Shown here: positions 55,482 through 64,000 of the stretch, piece by piece | Numbering within the stretch: the stretch's first letter is position 1 | Layout of the letters: every line of letters begins with the position of its first letter | Assembly: GCA_031255855.1 (NCBI GenBank) | Contig: JAIRRS010000002.1 | Location: 227 to 64,226, forward strand | Origin: Tannerellaceae bacterium | Lineage (GTDB): Bacteria > Bacteroidota > Bacteroidia > Bacteroidales > Tannerellaceae | Length of the DNA: 64,000 bases | Reading direction: 5' to 3' | Made by a program: the position numbers and the translations under genes | Notes under the pieces: model-generated | Databases searched by the model: none | The model's input: the letters and a program-made list of their open reading frames with translations, nothing else | What the model was told of the DNA's origin: nothing

Positions 55482-56294
55482 TTAAAAAGATAGTTGAAAA
55501 CCTACGCCGGAACTAACACCCAGTATAGGGTGGAAAACGGTCGCCACGTCAATTGTGAAAACCGAGAAACGGTATCCTATCCCGAAGGAGGGCAGAAAGG
55601 GCTTCCCCTGTATACCCGCGCGGATGGAAAAATCTTCAAAAGGTTGGTATTCTACTCCGGCAGCAAAAGCAACGGTTTGTTCATTACTGCTACCAAGCGT
55701 ACAAGTTATCAATATATTATTGATAACTTCCCAGTTAAAACCCATCTGCAATAAATAGGCTTCGAAATCCTTTATTTCAAGAGATTTATCACCCATTTGC
55801 ACAGAGGGCATGTTCATTATCAGCAAAGCTATCAACACATTATTAACAGGGGAATAAACCATTCCGACATCTGTTGATAACCGGGAAGATTTTTCCTCGT
55901 AAAGCTCCGTTTGCACAAACGCGTATTGGAAACTGATTCCCAACGTCCACTTTTGCCCTAACCGCTTCGCCAATAGGAGACGAAACAAATCCTCGCGGTA
56001 CGCGTCATACCCGAAAGCAGAAATATCAATACCCAAAGAAAGGGTTGGATTCGGAAGGTAAAGGCTACCGTTACAGGCGCCCAATTCTTTTAAGGCGTAA
56101 CGATTGAAATAATTGATCCTTACGCTTTTTTTAGGACACAAAGCGATCAAAGCCGGATTATAAAGTGGCGACAAAGTCGCACCGTTTCCTCCCGCTCCCA
56201 TGCTGCGGATGTCTACGATCCGTAGATTGTTTACGGCAAATAGATGAAAAAGAGGACAAAACAACACGCAGAGTATCCAAAAGCATTTTTTCAT
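55482..56294 (-). CDS. Outer-membrane beta-barrel protein, PorV/PorQ (FadL-like) family suspected
   Basis: It has a signal peptide, and IRSMGAGGNGATLSPLYNPALIA resembles the MGGA…NPA motif of PorV/PorQ-type proteins. It ends …GFQLSF and lies 7 nt downstream of the HhH gene. Confidence 0.6.
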   Translation of the reverse strand: MKKCFWILCVLFCPLFHLFAVNNLRIVDIRSMGAGGNGATLSPLYNPALIALCPKKSVRINYFNRYALKELGACNGSLYLPNPTLSLGIDISAFGYDAYREDLFRLLLAKRLGQKWTLGISFQYAFVQTELYEEKSSRLSTDVGMVYSPVNNVLIALLIMNMPSVQMGDKSLEIKDFEAYLLQMGFNWEVINNILITCTLGSSNEQTVAFAAGVEYQPFEDFSIRAGIQGKPFLPSFGIGYRFSVFTIDVATVFHPILGVSSGVGFQLSF

Positions 56295-56454
56295 AATTAA
56301 GGCAGACGATTTTAAACGTTTTCAGGAACGCGCTATCTAATAAACCAGCGAAGGAAAGTAATAATTGGTACTGATTACTATTTATTTGGTTTACAATAAA
56401 TAATTATTGCATACATAAGGAATAACTTAGTATTTTTAATGGTATAATAATCTT

Positions 56455-56534
56455 ATCACAGATGTGATAAAGGTATGTCACGACTGTGATAAATCTTTAT
56501 CACATCTGTGATACAAGTGAATCACATTTGTGAT
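56455..56534. promoter_or_regulatory. Array of four 14-bp palindromes (A/G)TCAC-N4-GTGAT at exact 22-bp phasing
   Basis: The copies are ATCACagatGTGAT (56455-68), GTCACgactGTGAT (56477-90), ATCACatctGTGAT (56499-512) and ATCACatttGTGAT (56521-34). Each is followed by A(A/C). The array sits in the 377-bp divergent intergenic region between 56294 and 56672. Confidence 0.6.
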
Positions 56535-56658
56535 ACGATTAATTGTTTACAACAAAAGAATTAAAAAAACATATGAAAACAATAATATAATGAATACTAA
56601 CATTAATGGTTATTCGTCAAATAGTGTGAAAACATGAACATTTTATCCTTAAATCATT

Positions 56659-56666
56659 TATTTTTG
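56659..56666 (+). promoter_or_regulatory. Candidate -7 box TAttTTTG abutting the start codon at 56672
   Basis: It is an exact TAnnTTTG match. The A of the ATG lies 6 nt after the final G of the box. Confidence 0.35.
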
Positions 56667-56671
56667 CATAC

Positions 56672-57274
56672 ATGAATCACATAAAGTGGTGTATATCCTT
56701 TATGTTCGTATTGTTTTGCGTGAATGGAAACGCACAAAAAATAAAGTTCAATACGAAGCCTGCTGATGTACAATGGGCTAATCTGGAGAATGGTGATACC
56801 ATTGCCGTCGTACATCTGAGGGGTGTGTATATATATCCGGAAATCCGTTTTAAAAACAAAAGGGAACAAGAGAAATATACAAAGCTCGTGCGGGATGTGA
56901 AACGTACCCTCCCCTATGCCAAGTTGGTGTACGATACCTTGATTGAAACGTACGAATACATGGAAACGCTTCCCGATGAGAAATCAAAACAAAAACATCT
57001 TGAACTGATGGAAAAGGAGATATTCAAGCAATACAAACCTGAATTGAAAAAGCTCACTTTTTCGCAAGGTAAACTATTAATCAAACTGATTGACAGGGAA
57101 TGTAACCAGTCGAGCTATAATCTGTTGAAAGCTTACCTGGGAAGTTTCAAGGCGGGATTCTGGAATCTTTTTGCCAGTATGTTCGGCGCCAGTTTGAAAA
57201 GTGAGTACGACCCGAAAGGAAAAGACGTCATGACGGAACGCATCGTCGTACTGGTTGAAAACGGGTTAATCTGA
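56672..57274 (+). CDS. Secreted hypothetical protein (DUF4294-like, by recollection)
   Basis: It has a signal peptide (…FVLFCVNGNAQ) and the conserved-looking block KLVRDVKRTLPYAKLVYDTL. The length is 200 aa. Confidence 0.65.
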   Translation: MNHIKWCISFMFVLFCVNGNAQKIKFNTKPADVQWANLENGDTIAVVHLRGVYIYPEIRFKNKREQEKYTKLVRDVKRTLPYAKLVYDTLIETYEYMETLPDEKSKQKHLELMEKEIFKQYKPELKKLTFSQGKLLIKLIDRECNQSSYNLLKAYLGSFKAGFWNLFASMFGASLKSEYDPKGKDVMTERIVVLVENGLI

Positions 57275-57817
57275 TAACTGACTGAATATATCCCAGATAA
57301 CAATTCCGGCAGATACGGAGACGTTAAGGGAATGTTTCGTACCATACTGCGGTATCTCGATGCACATATCGCATTTATCAACAACAGCCTGTTGAACGCC
57401 TTTTACTTCGTTCCCAAAAATGACGGCATACCTCTTTCCTTTTTCCAACTGTAGTTTATTCAGCATGATACTACCTTCGGCCTGCTCTACGGCGCATACC
57501 GTGTAGCCTCCGGTTTTCAATTTATCAACAGCCTCGTTTGTATCGTTGAAATAGATCCAGTCTACCGTATCCTCAGCGCCTAAGGCTGTCTTATGAATTT
57601 CGGGATGCGGCGGGCAAGCGGTAATTCCGCAGAGGTAAACCGCTTCGACACGGAAAGCGTCCGACGTTCGAAACACGGAACCTACATTATTCAGACTTCG
57701 CACATAATCGAGCACCACCACCAAAGGTATTTTTTCACTATCTTTATACGATTCGGGAGAAAGCCTGTTCAGCTCCGTTATCTTTAATTTACGCATACGT
57801 TTCATCCTTTGCTGCAA
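57266..57817 (-). CDS. SpoU/TrmH-family RNA 2'-O-methyltransferase
   Basis: It has the SPOUT motifs NVGSVFRTSDAF, VIFGNEVKGV and IPQYGTKHSLNVSVSAGIVIW. The start is ambiguous among three N-terminal Met codons. It overlaps the convergent upstream gene by 9 nt. Confidence 0.85.
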   Translation of the reverse strand: MQQRMKRMRKLKITELNRLSPESYKDSEKIPLVVVLDYVRSLNNVGSVFRTSDAFRVEAVYLCGITACPPHPEIHKTALGAEDTVDWIYFNDTNEAVDKLKTGGYTVCAVEQAEGSIMLNKLQLEKGKRYAVIFGNEVKGVQQAVVDKCDMCIEIPQYGTKHSLNVSVSAGIVIWDIFSQLSD

Positions 57818-58296
57818 AAGTAACTATTTCATGTTGAAACTACGTTTAAAAGAATTTGATAAATAGTGAACAGAAAAAGGACAACTCCTGTTGCATAATC
57901 CAAACTATACCGCCTTATGAATCCAATCCATATATTCATAAAAAGTTACGGCGAGTTAATTACCCGCTTTCAACATGACATATCCACTAAAAAAGGCTTT
58001 ACCAACGACCCCAATTTTTCAATCCTTCCTTTTATCAGTATGTAGTTGACAAATATTCGTAAATAATAGAAACACAACACCTAACAACTATTTTTGTATG
58101 TTAATAATCTATTAAAAACTTACATACTGTAACTAATAACCAAACAGGCAAACATATCCTGCAAAATATATGAACTGTTTCAACAGCACATCATCATCAT
58201 CATACAGTATTTTTAAATTTAAAAGAAAAAAGAATAAAATAATGAATGGTGGAAAACTTCAAATCCCGAAATTGGACAACATAAAAAAGAATAGTG

Positions 58297-58304
58297 TAAT
58301 TTTG
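58297..58304 (+). promoter_or_regulatory. Candidate -7 box TAatTTTG abutting the nadA start codon
   Basis: It is an exact TAnnTTTG match. The A of the ATG at 58310 lies 6 nt after the final G, the same geometry as at 56659-56672. Confidence 0.35.
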
Positions 58305-58309
58305 TGATT

Positions 58310-59242
58310 ATGGAAAAGGAAGAAATAGATAGATTACGCAGGGAAAAGAATGCCATCATACTGGCGCATTACTATCAAACGGGCGATATACAGGACATAG
58401 CTGATTTTGTGGGCGACAGCCTTGCCCTGGCTCAATGGGCGGCTAAGACTACAGCGGATATCATCGTGCTCTGCGGAGTTCATTTCATGGGAGAAACGGC
58501 TAAGATACTCAGTCCGGATAAGAAAGTGCTGGTTCCCGACCTCAACGCCGGTTGTTCGCTGGCCGACAGTTGCCCGGCCGACAAGTTTGCCGAGTTTGTT
58601 GATCAACATCCCGGTTATACTGTTATTTCCTATGTTAATACCACAGCCGCGGTAAAAGCGATGACTGATATCGTGGTTACTTCTACCAATGCCAAATTGA
58701 TTGTTGATAGTTTTCCCAAAGAGGCTAATCTGATTTTCGGTCCCGATCGTAATTTGGGAAATTATATCAACAGTATTACCGGGCGCAACATGTTGCTTTG
58801 GGAGGGTGCCTGCCATGTTCATGAGCAATTCTCGCTTGAAAAGATATTGGAGTTGAAAGCACACTATCCCGAAGCGGAAATCGTTACCCATCCCGAATGT
58901 AAACAACCCATCATAAAAGTGTCCGATTTTGTAGGTTCTACGGCTGCACTTATAAAACATACAGCCCAGTCGGATAAAAAACAATTTATTGTAGCGACAG
59001 AGAGCGGAGTTATCCACGAGATGAAAAAGAAGAATCCCGGTAAAGAATTTATTCCGGCTCCGCCCAATGACAGTACTTGTGCCTGCAATGAATGTAATTT
59101 CATGCGCCTGAATACTATGGAAAAGCTGTATAATTGCCTGAAATACGAACAACCCGAAATCAAAATAGACAAAGAGATTCAGGAAAAAGCCGTATTACCT
59201 ATCCGTAGGATGTTGGAAATATCCGAAAGGTTAGGGTTGTAA
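58310..59242 (+). CDS. nadA: Quinolinate synthase A
   Basis: It has ILAHYYQ…DIADFVGDSL, VHFMGETAKIL, CSLADSC and HPEC cluster-ligand regions, and CACNECNFM. I chose the ATG at 58310; the track lists a GTG at 58304. Confidence 0.93.
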   Translation: MEKEEIDRLRREKNAIILAHYYQTGDIQDIADFVGDSLALAQWAAKTTADIIVLCGVHFMGETAKILSPDKKVLVPDLNAGCSLADSCPADKFAEFVDQHPGYTVISYVNTTAAVKAMTDIVVTSTNAKLIVDSFPKEANLIFGPDRNLGNYINSITGRNMLLWEGACHVHEQFSLEKILELKAHYPEAEIVTHPECKQPIIKVSDFVGSTAALIKHTAQSDKKQFIVATESGVIHEMKKKNPGKEFIPAPPNDSTCACNECNFMRLNTMEKLYNCLKYEQPEIKIDKEIQEKAVLPIRRMLEISERLGL

Positions 59243-59244
59243 TA

Positions 59245-61530
59245 TCACTGTACAACAGCAATCTTAGTCACGACACTCTCTTTTGCTTCGGGAGTGGCAG
59301 CTATTACCAGATAGACGCCGGAGGCTACATACTTTCCTCCTTTATTGCGGCAATCCCAACTGATTTGTCCGCCTGTTGATTTGGTTTGGTAAATGAGGTT
59401 TCCTGTTATGTCTGTGATTTTCACGTTGGAATTTTCCATTAATCCGGTAATGGTTACTTTCCGATCGAAAGTAGGACGTACGGGATTAGGATAGGCATAT
59501 ACGTTTGAATAACTGTTGCTTCCTTGTGTTGCGTCTCCCCCATAAGAAATTAATCCTTTATCCGTACCGATGAATACTTCCCCCGTCTTATTATTAATAG
59601 CAATGCTTTCAATGGTATTGGATAATAAGGGAGAATTTTCTACGGTGAAATGTTCAATTACTTTTTTACCATCTTCACTAACCAGATATAACCCGTTGTT
59701 GCCTGTTCCCAGCCATTTACGGTTTCCGCCATCTACAGCAATCGCTTTTATCCTTTCATCTCTTAAGAAATAAACATCTTCTCCGTATTCGTTTGTTTGT
59801 ATGATCCTGTTAAAGGAAGTATTTTCTTTATTAATTAATACATCCGAAGCAGTTGTCACTACAACCGGTCCTCTGTTGGTACCTATCCATATTTCTCCGT
59901 TTTTATCTTTTGCAATGCAGAAATATTCGGAAGCCCCTATACTTCCTCCCTGATCGTTCAATGAACCAAAATGATAAAAATCATCGTCTGAAGTATCTTC
60001 CAACGTACCTTTTTCATTATAAACTAAAATGCCCGACCCATCGGCGCGTACAAGGTTTATCCATTTATCGCCGTTGTCGGCGATAAGTATTTTATCTCCC
60101 AATGTTACATTGTAAACTTCGGGAATATTAATGGAAACCCAATTTCCATCCGGTTTTACTACTTTAATGAGATTGGATACACCGCTGTTTGTCATCCATA
60201 AGTTGTTTTTATTATCATAGCAAAGACCTTCTACGCGGGTATATGAATCCCCAGAAGCAGCCGATTGTAGCAGGCTATTGTTTTCATGATATCGTTCTAT
60301 CATTTGGTTGTCTTTGAATTCATAAACTCCCCTACCCCATGATGATACAAAGAAATGGCTTTCGTTGCCCGGGTCTACGGCAATGCTGGTAGCATCCCTG
60401 AACCTGCTGATATCTTCTATATTATTCCATACTTTTTCTTCCGTATCGTATATCATGACGGTTCCAATTCTGTCGAATCTGTCCGACCATCTTCCTCCCC
60501 CGGCAACATACAGTTTATTATTGTGTATGGTGACGAAGTCTGCAAAATTTCGTTTAGGGCCTTCATTCTTTATGTCGCTTACGATGGTTTTATATTGGTT
60601 AGGCGCTGTCCTTTCTATCCCTATAACTCCTTTTTCGCCGATTGCCAGCCAGAAAATGTTATTGTTTTTAGCAGAAGATATATCTTTAATGTCGCTTATC
60701 GCTCCTTTCTCCTGATTAGTCAAAGAAGAGTAAATATACAACTGGCTTGGAGAGAATGCCAATAGCTTTTCATTTTCTACTTTCATATTTGTAAGGGAAT
60801 TGCCCGGCAACAGTGTTTGAATGTTAGTACCCGACTGGTAAAAGATACCTTTTCCTTTCAGTAAGAAACACAGGGTGTTTTGAAATACGGCCAATTGTTT
60901 AACGGTATCTCCTTTTTGTTGCATTGCAACGTGTAACTTCCAATTATTAGGATCGATAAGGTTTTCATTTAACGAAGCCCTTATAATGCTGTCGGCCGTG
61001 GCGGCATAGATGTAATTGTCTTTGATAGCAATGGAAGAAACAGGCGTATTCAATCGGTATGTTTCTTTTATTTCCTTACGTTTCAGATTGATGGCAATGA
61101 TACCGAATTTAGCAGCTAAATAAGCTGTGCCATTATGATTGTAAATATAGTTTACTTCTTTATCCTGAATAGTATTGTTTTCCATCAGGAAAGGTAAATT
61201 GACCAATCCGTTATCACTCAATAAATCAATATTTCCATTCAGGTATGTAATAATCAATATGTTTTCATCAGTATTATATCGTATGCTTGTTATTTGATTG
61301 TCACTCAAGGCAGGATTTGTTTCCTTGGAGTAGTATTTGATACTCTTATCATCTTTATTGTAACTGTATAACGAACCGTTGGCGACGGCGAAAACGTGAT
61401 TATTTCCTTCCGCTATCAACGTTGTATTGTGATAAGAGAGATAAGATTTCCATGTTCCGGTACTTTGTGGGAAGGCCGGTTGAAACAAAAACGTTGAACA
61501 AATAAATATAAATAATAACCGTTTCATCAC
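59245..61530 (-). CDS. Double beta-propeller protein with T9SS C-terminal domain (PorZ-like)
   Basis: It has a signal peptide, two-component-regulator-propeller-like repeats across ~650 aa, and the C-terminal YAYPNPVRP…VTITGL…GVYLVIAATPE…KIAVVQ sorting domain. Its size and layout match PorZ as I recall it. Confidence 0.7.
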   Translation of the reverse strand: MMKRLLFIFICSTFLFQPAFPQSTGTWKSYLSYHNTTLIAEGNNHVFAVANGSLYSYNKDDKSIKYYSKETNPALSDNQITSIRYNTDENILIITYLNGNIDLLSDNGLVNLPFLMENNTIQDKEVNYIYNHNGTAYLAAKFGIIAINLKRKEIKETYRLNTPVSSIAIKDNYIYAATADSIIRASLNENLIDPNNWKLHVAMQQKGDTVKQLAVFQNTLCFLLKGKGIFYQSGTNIQTLLPGNSLTNMKVENEKLLAFSPSQLYIYSSLTNQEKGAISDIKDISSAKNNNIFWLAIGEKGVIGIERTAPNQYKTIVSDIKNEGPKRNFADFVTIHNNKLYVAGGGRWSDRFDRIGTVMIYDTEEKVWNNIEDISRFRDATSIAVDPGNESHFFVSSWGRGVYEFKDNQMIERYHENNSLLQSAASGDSYTRVEGLCYDNKNNLWMTNSGVSNLIKVVKPDGNWVSINIPEVYNVTLGDKILIADNGDKWINLVRADGSGILVYNEKGTLEDTSDDDFYHFGSLNDQGGSIGASEYFCIAKDKNGEIWIGTNRGPVVVTTASDVLINKENTSFNRIIQTNEYGEDVYFLRDERIKAIAVDGGNRKWLGTGNNGLYLVSEDGKKVIEHFTVENSPLLSNTIESIAINNKTGEVFIGTDKGLISYGGDATQGSNSYSNVYAYPNPVRPTFDRKVTITGLMENSNVKITDITGNLIYQTKSTGGQISWDCRNKGGKYVASGVYLVIAATPEAKESVVTKIAVVQ

Positions 61531-62118
61531 TTATTTGGATATAGAAGATAAAAATATTGCTAATTCTTTCACGGCCAACGCGCGATGGCTTATTTTGTTT
61601 TTTAATCCGTTTCCCATTTCAGCAAATGTTTGCATATAACCATCGGGAATAAAAACAGGATCGTAACCAAATCCAGCCTCTCCCCTCCTCTCAGTAATAA
61701 TCGAACCATTGATGATTCCTTCAAATAAATGTTCTTTGCCATTCAATATTAATGCTATGATCGTACGGAAACGTGCGTTTCTGTTTTCTTGTCCTTGCAT
61801 TTTATGCAGTAATTTATTTACGTTAGCTTGTGCATCATGGGCTTCACCGGCATAGCGGGCGGAGTATACTCCCGGTGCGTTGTTCAGCGCTTCCACTTCA
61901 AGGCCGGTATCATCGGCAAAACAATCATATCGATAATATTTTTTGATAAAACGGGCTTTCATTAAAGCGTTTCCTTCCAATGTATCGGCCGTTTCGGGTA
62001 TATCGTCGTAACAATCAATCTCGGCTAATGAAAGGATTTCTATCTTATCTGATATAATGTTCCGGACTTCTTCCAGCTTATGGTTATTATTGGTTGCAAA
62101 AATCAGCTTATCAATCAT
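61531..62118 (-). CDS. rdgB: Non-canonical purine NTP pyrophosphatase (RdgB/HAM1 family)
   Basis: It has [32 protein letters not shown] and GFGYDPVF. Its stop directly abuts the PorZ-like start with a 0-nt gap. Confidence 0.9.
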   Translation of the reverse strand: MIDKLIFATNNNHKLEEVRNIISDKIEILSLAEIDCYDDIPETADTLEGNALMKARFIKKYYRYDCFADDTGLEVEALNNAPGVYSARYAGEAHDAQANVNKLLHKMQGQENRNARFRTIIALILNGKEHLFEGIINGSIITERRGEAGFGYDPVFIPDGYMQTFAEMGNGLKNKISHRALAVKELAIFLSSISK

Positions 62119-62239
62119 TGTGTTTATAATTTAAGAAGAAAATAAGTTTTTTATCTCAAAAAAATATAACGGTGGAACAGTGAACTTTATTGTAGTAGTA
62201 TATTTGCAGACTTATTTATGTCAATTACCTATCGGGAAT

Positions 62240-63340
62240 ATGAATATTACGAAAGACAACATTCAAACCATTTTGTCGTGGATAATATATTTTTTTATAA
62301 ATATAATCTTTTGTATCAAGTATAATCCTGTTGCCGGGATCAAAGTTTTACATATCCTCCTTATATATCCTTTGTTTGTGTTAGGGATTTTTAAACTTAC
62401 TCAATACAAAAGTATGCGGGATAATAAATACTTCTTTGCAGGAATTGCCTGTTGTATCCTCTTGCTGGCTGCCCTGTTGATGAATTATATCGATAAATAT
62501 TCCGTGGAGGTAGACCGTTGGTCGGCTTTGGCTTTTTGGAGTGAAAATCTGAAGAATGGTATTTTTCCTTATGGGACGCCTACGCATATGGGAGGATACG
62601 CTTCTCCTTATCCGGTTTGGCAATTGTTTCATTTTCCTTTCCACTTGTTGGGTGATACGGCTTACGGGCAATTGTTTTGTCTGGCAGTATTCTTTGTTTT
62701 CTTATACCTCAACAAAAAACGTGTAAATAGCGGAACGTTTATATTGCTTTTGGCGCTTTCTCCCGGATTCTGGTGGGAAATGTCCGTCAGGAGTGATTTA
62801 TTGTGTAATATGTTGTTGGTGTATCTATTTCTTTCCAGTATGTTTTATTATCAGTTTTGGCAGAAGCATATTTATCTGGTAGCTGTCATAACAGGTCTTT
62901 TTCTTTGTACTAAAATGCTAGTGGCTATACCGCTTTTCCTTTTTATTTTTCCTAATTTTCTACGCTTGGATGTAAAAAAGAAAGGATGGTTTGCTTTATG
63001 GGTGATAGTAGGATTGGTTGTTCCCTTCTTACCTTTCCTTTTCGGATCGCATGGCATATTGAATCATCCGGAATATAATCCTATACTTCAGCAAACACGT
63101 CAGGGCAATAGTTGGGTGGTACTTCTATTGGCTATCTTGATAATATATGCCTCCTTGAAATGGAAAACGATGCGTGATTGTTTTTTCTTTTCAGGGATAT
63201 TCCTGTTTGCATTGATATTATCGGTAGGAATGGAAATAACGTTGTTTAATGATATTCATTATACTTTTTTCGGAGATGAATTTGACGTTTCTTATTTTAA
63301 TGTATCTATTCCTTTTTTCTTGTTTTGTGTCAGGTCTTGA
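62240..63340 (+). CDS. Polytopic integral membrane protein (GT-C-like glycosyltransferase fold possible)
   Basis: About 10 hydrophobic helices run throughout. I recognise no soluble domain or catalytic motif with certainty. I chose the start at ATG 62240; the track lists a GTG at 62180. Confidence 0.55.
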   Translation: MNITKDNIQTILSWIIYFFINIIFCIKYNPVAGIKVLHILLIYPLFVLGIFKLTQYKSMRDNKYFFAGIACCILLLAALLMNYIDKYSVEVDRWSALAFWSENLKNGIFPYGTPTHMGGYASPYPVWQLFHFPFHLLGDTAYGQLFCLAVFFVFLYLNKKRVNSGTFILLLALSPGFWWEMSVRSDLLCNMLLVYLFLSSMFYYQFWQKHIYLVAVITGLFLCTKMLVAIPLFLFIFPNFLRLDVKKKGWFALWVIVGLVVPFLPFLFGSHGILNHPEYNPILQQTRQGNSWVVLLLAILIIYASLKWKTMRDCFFFSGIFLFALILSVGMEITLFNDIHYTFFGDEFDVSYFNVSIPFFLFCVRS

Positions 63341-64000
63341 TCTGGTCGAAGCCTTCCCCGTATACACCTCTTACGATGCTTTGTGATATAAAGGCCTGAC
63401 TGTCTATTTCCTTTATTAATCTGAAAATAATGACCGATTCGGATTTCTTGGCCAATAAGACGATTACTTTTGTTGGCTTGTTGGAATATCCTCCTTCTCC
63501 TTGTAGTAAGGTACAGCCTCTTCCCAGATCTTTCAATATCCGTTCTGTTATTTCATCGTATTTTTGGGAAAAGATGAGGAATTGTACGGATTGGCGATTG
63601 GCATTATTGATACGGTCGAGCATATAATTACTTACTCCCATTTCAACAAAACCAAATACAACCTTATTTACATCATGGAATAGTAGGTAAGAACAACTGA
63701 TAATTACAAAGTCGAAGAGTAACAACCCTGTGCCGATAGATATATTTTTATACTTATTAATGATGGCGGCAATAATATCCGTTCCTCCTGTACTACCGTC
63801 GGCAGAGAAGATAAGTCCTAGTCCTGTTCCGCAGATACCACCACCAATGATAATAGACATAAACGGTTGGTCTTTGATAATAGGAACACCTGCAATAAGC
63901 CATTCAAAGAATGATAGAGAAAGCGACAGTGAGATAACTCCGAAGATTGTTTTTACAAGGAATTTCAGACCCAATATCTTAAAAGCAAAAGTTAATAAAA
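63330..64000 (-). CDS. YitT-family membrane protein with C-terminal DUF2179 (5' end beyond window)
   Basis: It has TM helices with GGTDIIA. The C-terminal DUF2179-like region is TLLQGEGGYSNKPTKVIVLLAKKSE…IVRGVYGEGF. The frame stays open to base 64000, and the listed start is TTG. Confidence 0.8.
   Translation of the reverse strand, partial: LLTFAFKILGLKFLVKTIFGVISLSLSLSFFEWLIAGVPIIKDQPFMSIIIGGGICGTGLGLIFSADGSTGGTDIIAAIINKYKNISIGTGLLLFDFVIISCSYLLFHDVNKVVFGFVEMGVSNYMLDRINNANRQSVQFLIFSQKYDEITERILKDLGRGCTLLQGEGGYSNKPTKVIVLLAKKSESVIIFRLIKEIDSQAFISQSIVRGVYGEGFDQIKT

Noticed and set aside
56455-56534. Whether the 22-bp periodic repeats could be a miniature CRISPR array or a CRP-type site cluster.
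   Set aside because: The units are only 22 bp with no repeat/spacer alternation of CRISPR dimensions and no cas genes. The half-site orientation (TCAC-N4-GTGA) is the inverse of, and differently spaced from, the CRP consensus TGTGA-N6-TCACA.
57917-58045. A 42-codon ORF (MNPIHIFIKSYGELITRFQHD…) in the long spacer upstream of nadA. Also considered: the idea of an NAD+ riboswitch there.
   Set aside because: The ORF has no recognisable signal or conservation evidence. I could not identify the nadA-motif (class I NAD+ riboswitch) tandem stem-bulge structure by eye, and that motif is not known to me from Bacteroidota. A covariance-model scan (Rfam) would be needed.

Overview
This window reads as a Bacteroidota (Bacteroidales-type) chromosomal segment. 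Supporting signs are a SusC/SusD pair with a hybrid two-component regulator, T9SS C-terminal sorting domains, TAnnTTTG -7 promoter boxes, and weak or absent Shine-Dalgarno sites. All protein calls come from reading motifs in the supplied ORF translations by eye. No database search was run, and the GC statements are qualitative.

Layout:
- 1-4.3 kb: accessory debris, comprising a 5'-partial DUF4143-type AAA ATPase, an IS1380-like transposase remnant and a frameshifted outer-membrane barrel gene.
- 4.3-13.5 kb: one long minus-strand iron/siderophore operon. It runs TonB-dependent receptor, lipoprotein, IroE-like esterase, ferric-reductase-like membrane protein, then a heterodimeric exporter-fold ABC pair.
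- 13.7-16.3 kb: clpB.
- 16.4-25.5 kb: the most unusual locus. This tightly packed minus-strand cluster encodes a sensor-less NarL-class histidine kinase and a LuxR-type response regulator with a duplicated loop. It also encodes a 1243-aa Ser/Thr kinase-TPR-double-WD40 protein and an 1109-aa membrane-less fusion of Clp_N + ClpB-D2-like AAA + degenerate receiver + FtsH-type AAA + M41 metalloprotease.
- 25.7-27.3 kb: M28 peptidase.
- 27.4-36.9 kb: a minimal PUL (HTCS, SusC, SusD) with no enzymes. The phospho-acceptor His and Asp of the HTCS are both substituted.
- 37.1-45 kb: housekeeping genes, namely tRNA(CAT), an LptF/G permease, ribBA, an aminotransferase, tsf-rpsB and rpsI-rplM.
- 45.2-52.5 kb: an OM barrel and a T9SS-secreted S1 peptidase, followed at 49.1-52.5 kb by a visibly GC-richer trio of secreted proteins with a shared N-terminal module.
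- 52.6-56.3 kb: a radical SAM gene, a ComEA-like HhH/beta-barrel fusion and a PorV/Q-like barrel.
- 56.45-56.53 kb: four 14-bp palindromes at exact 22-bp phasing.
- 56.7-64 kb: a DUF4294-like gene, a SpoU methyltransferase, nadA, a PorZ-like protein, rdgB, a polytopic membrane protein and a partial YitT gene.

No CRISPR array, rRNA or intact mobile element was seen.
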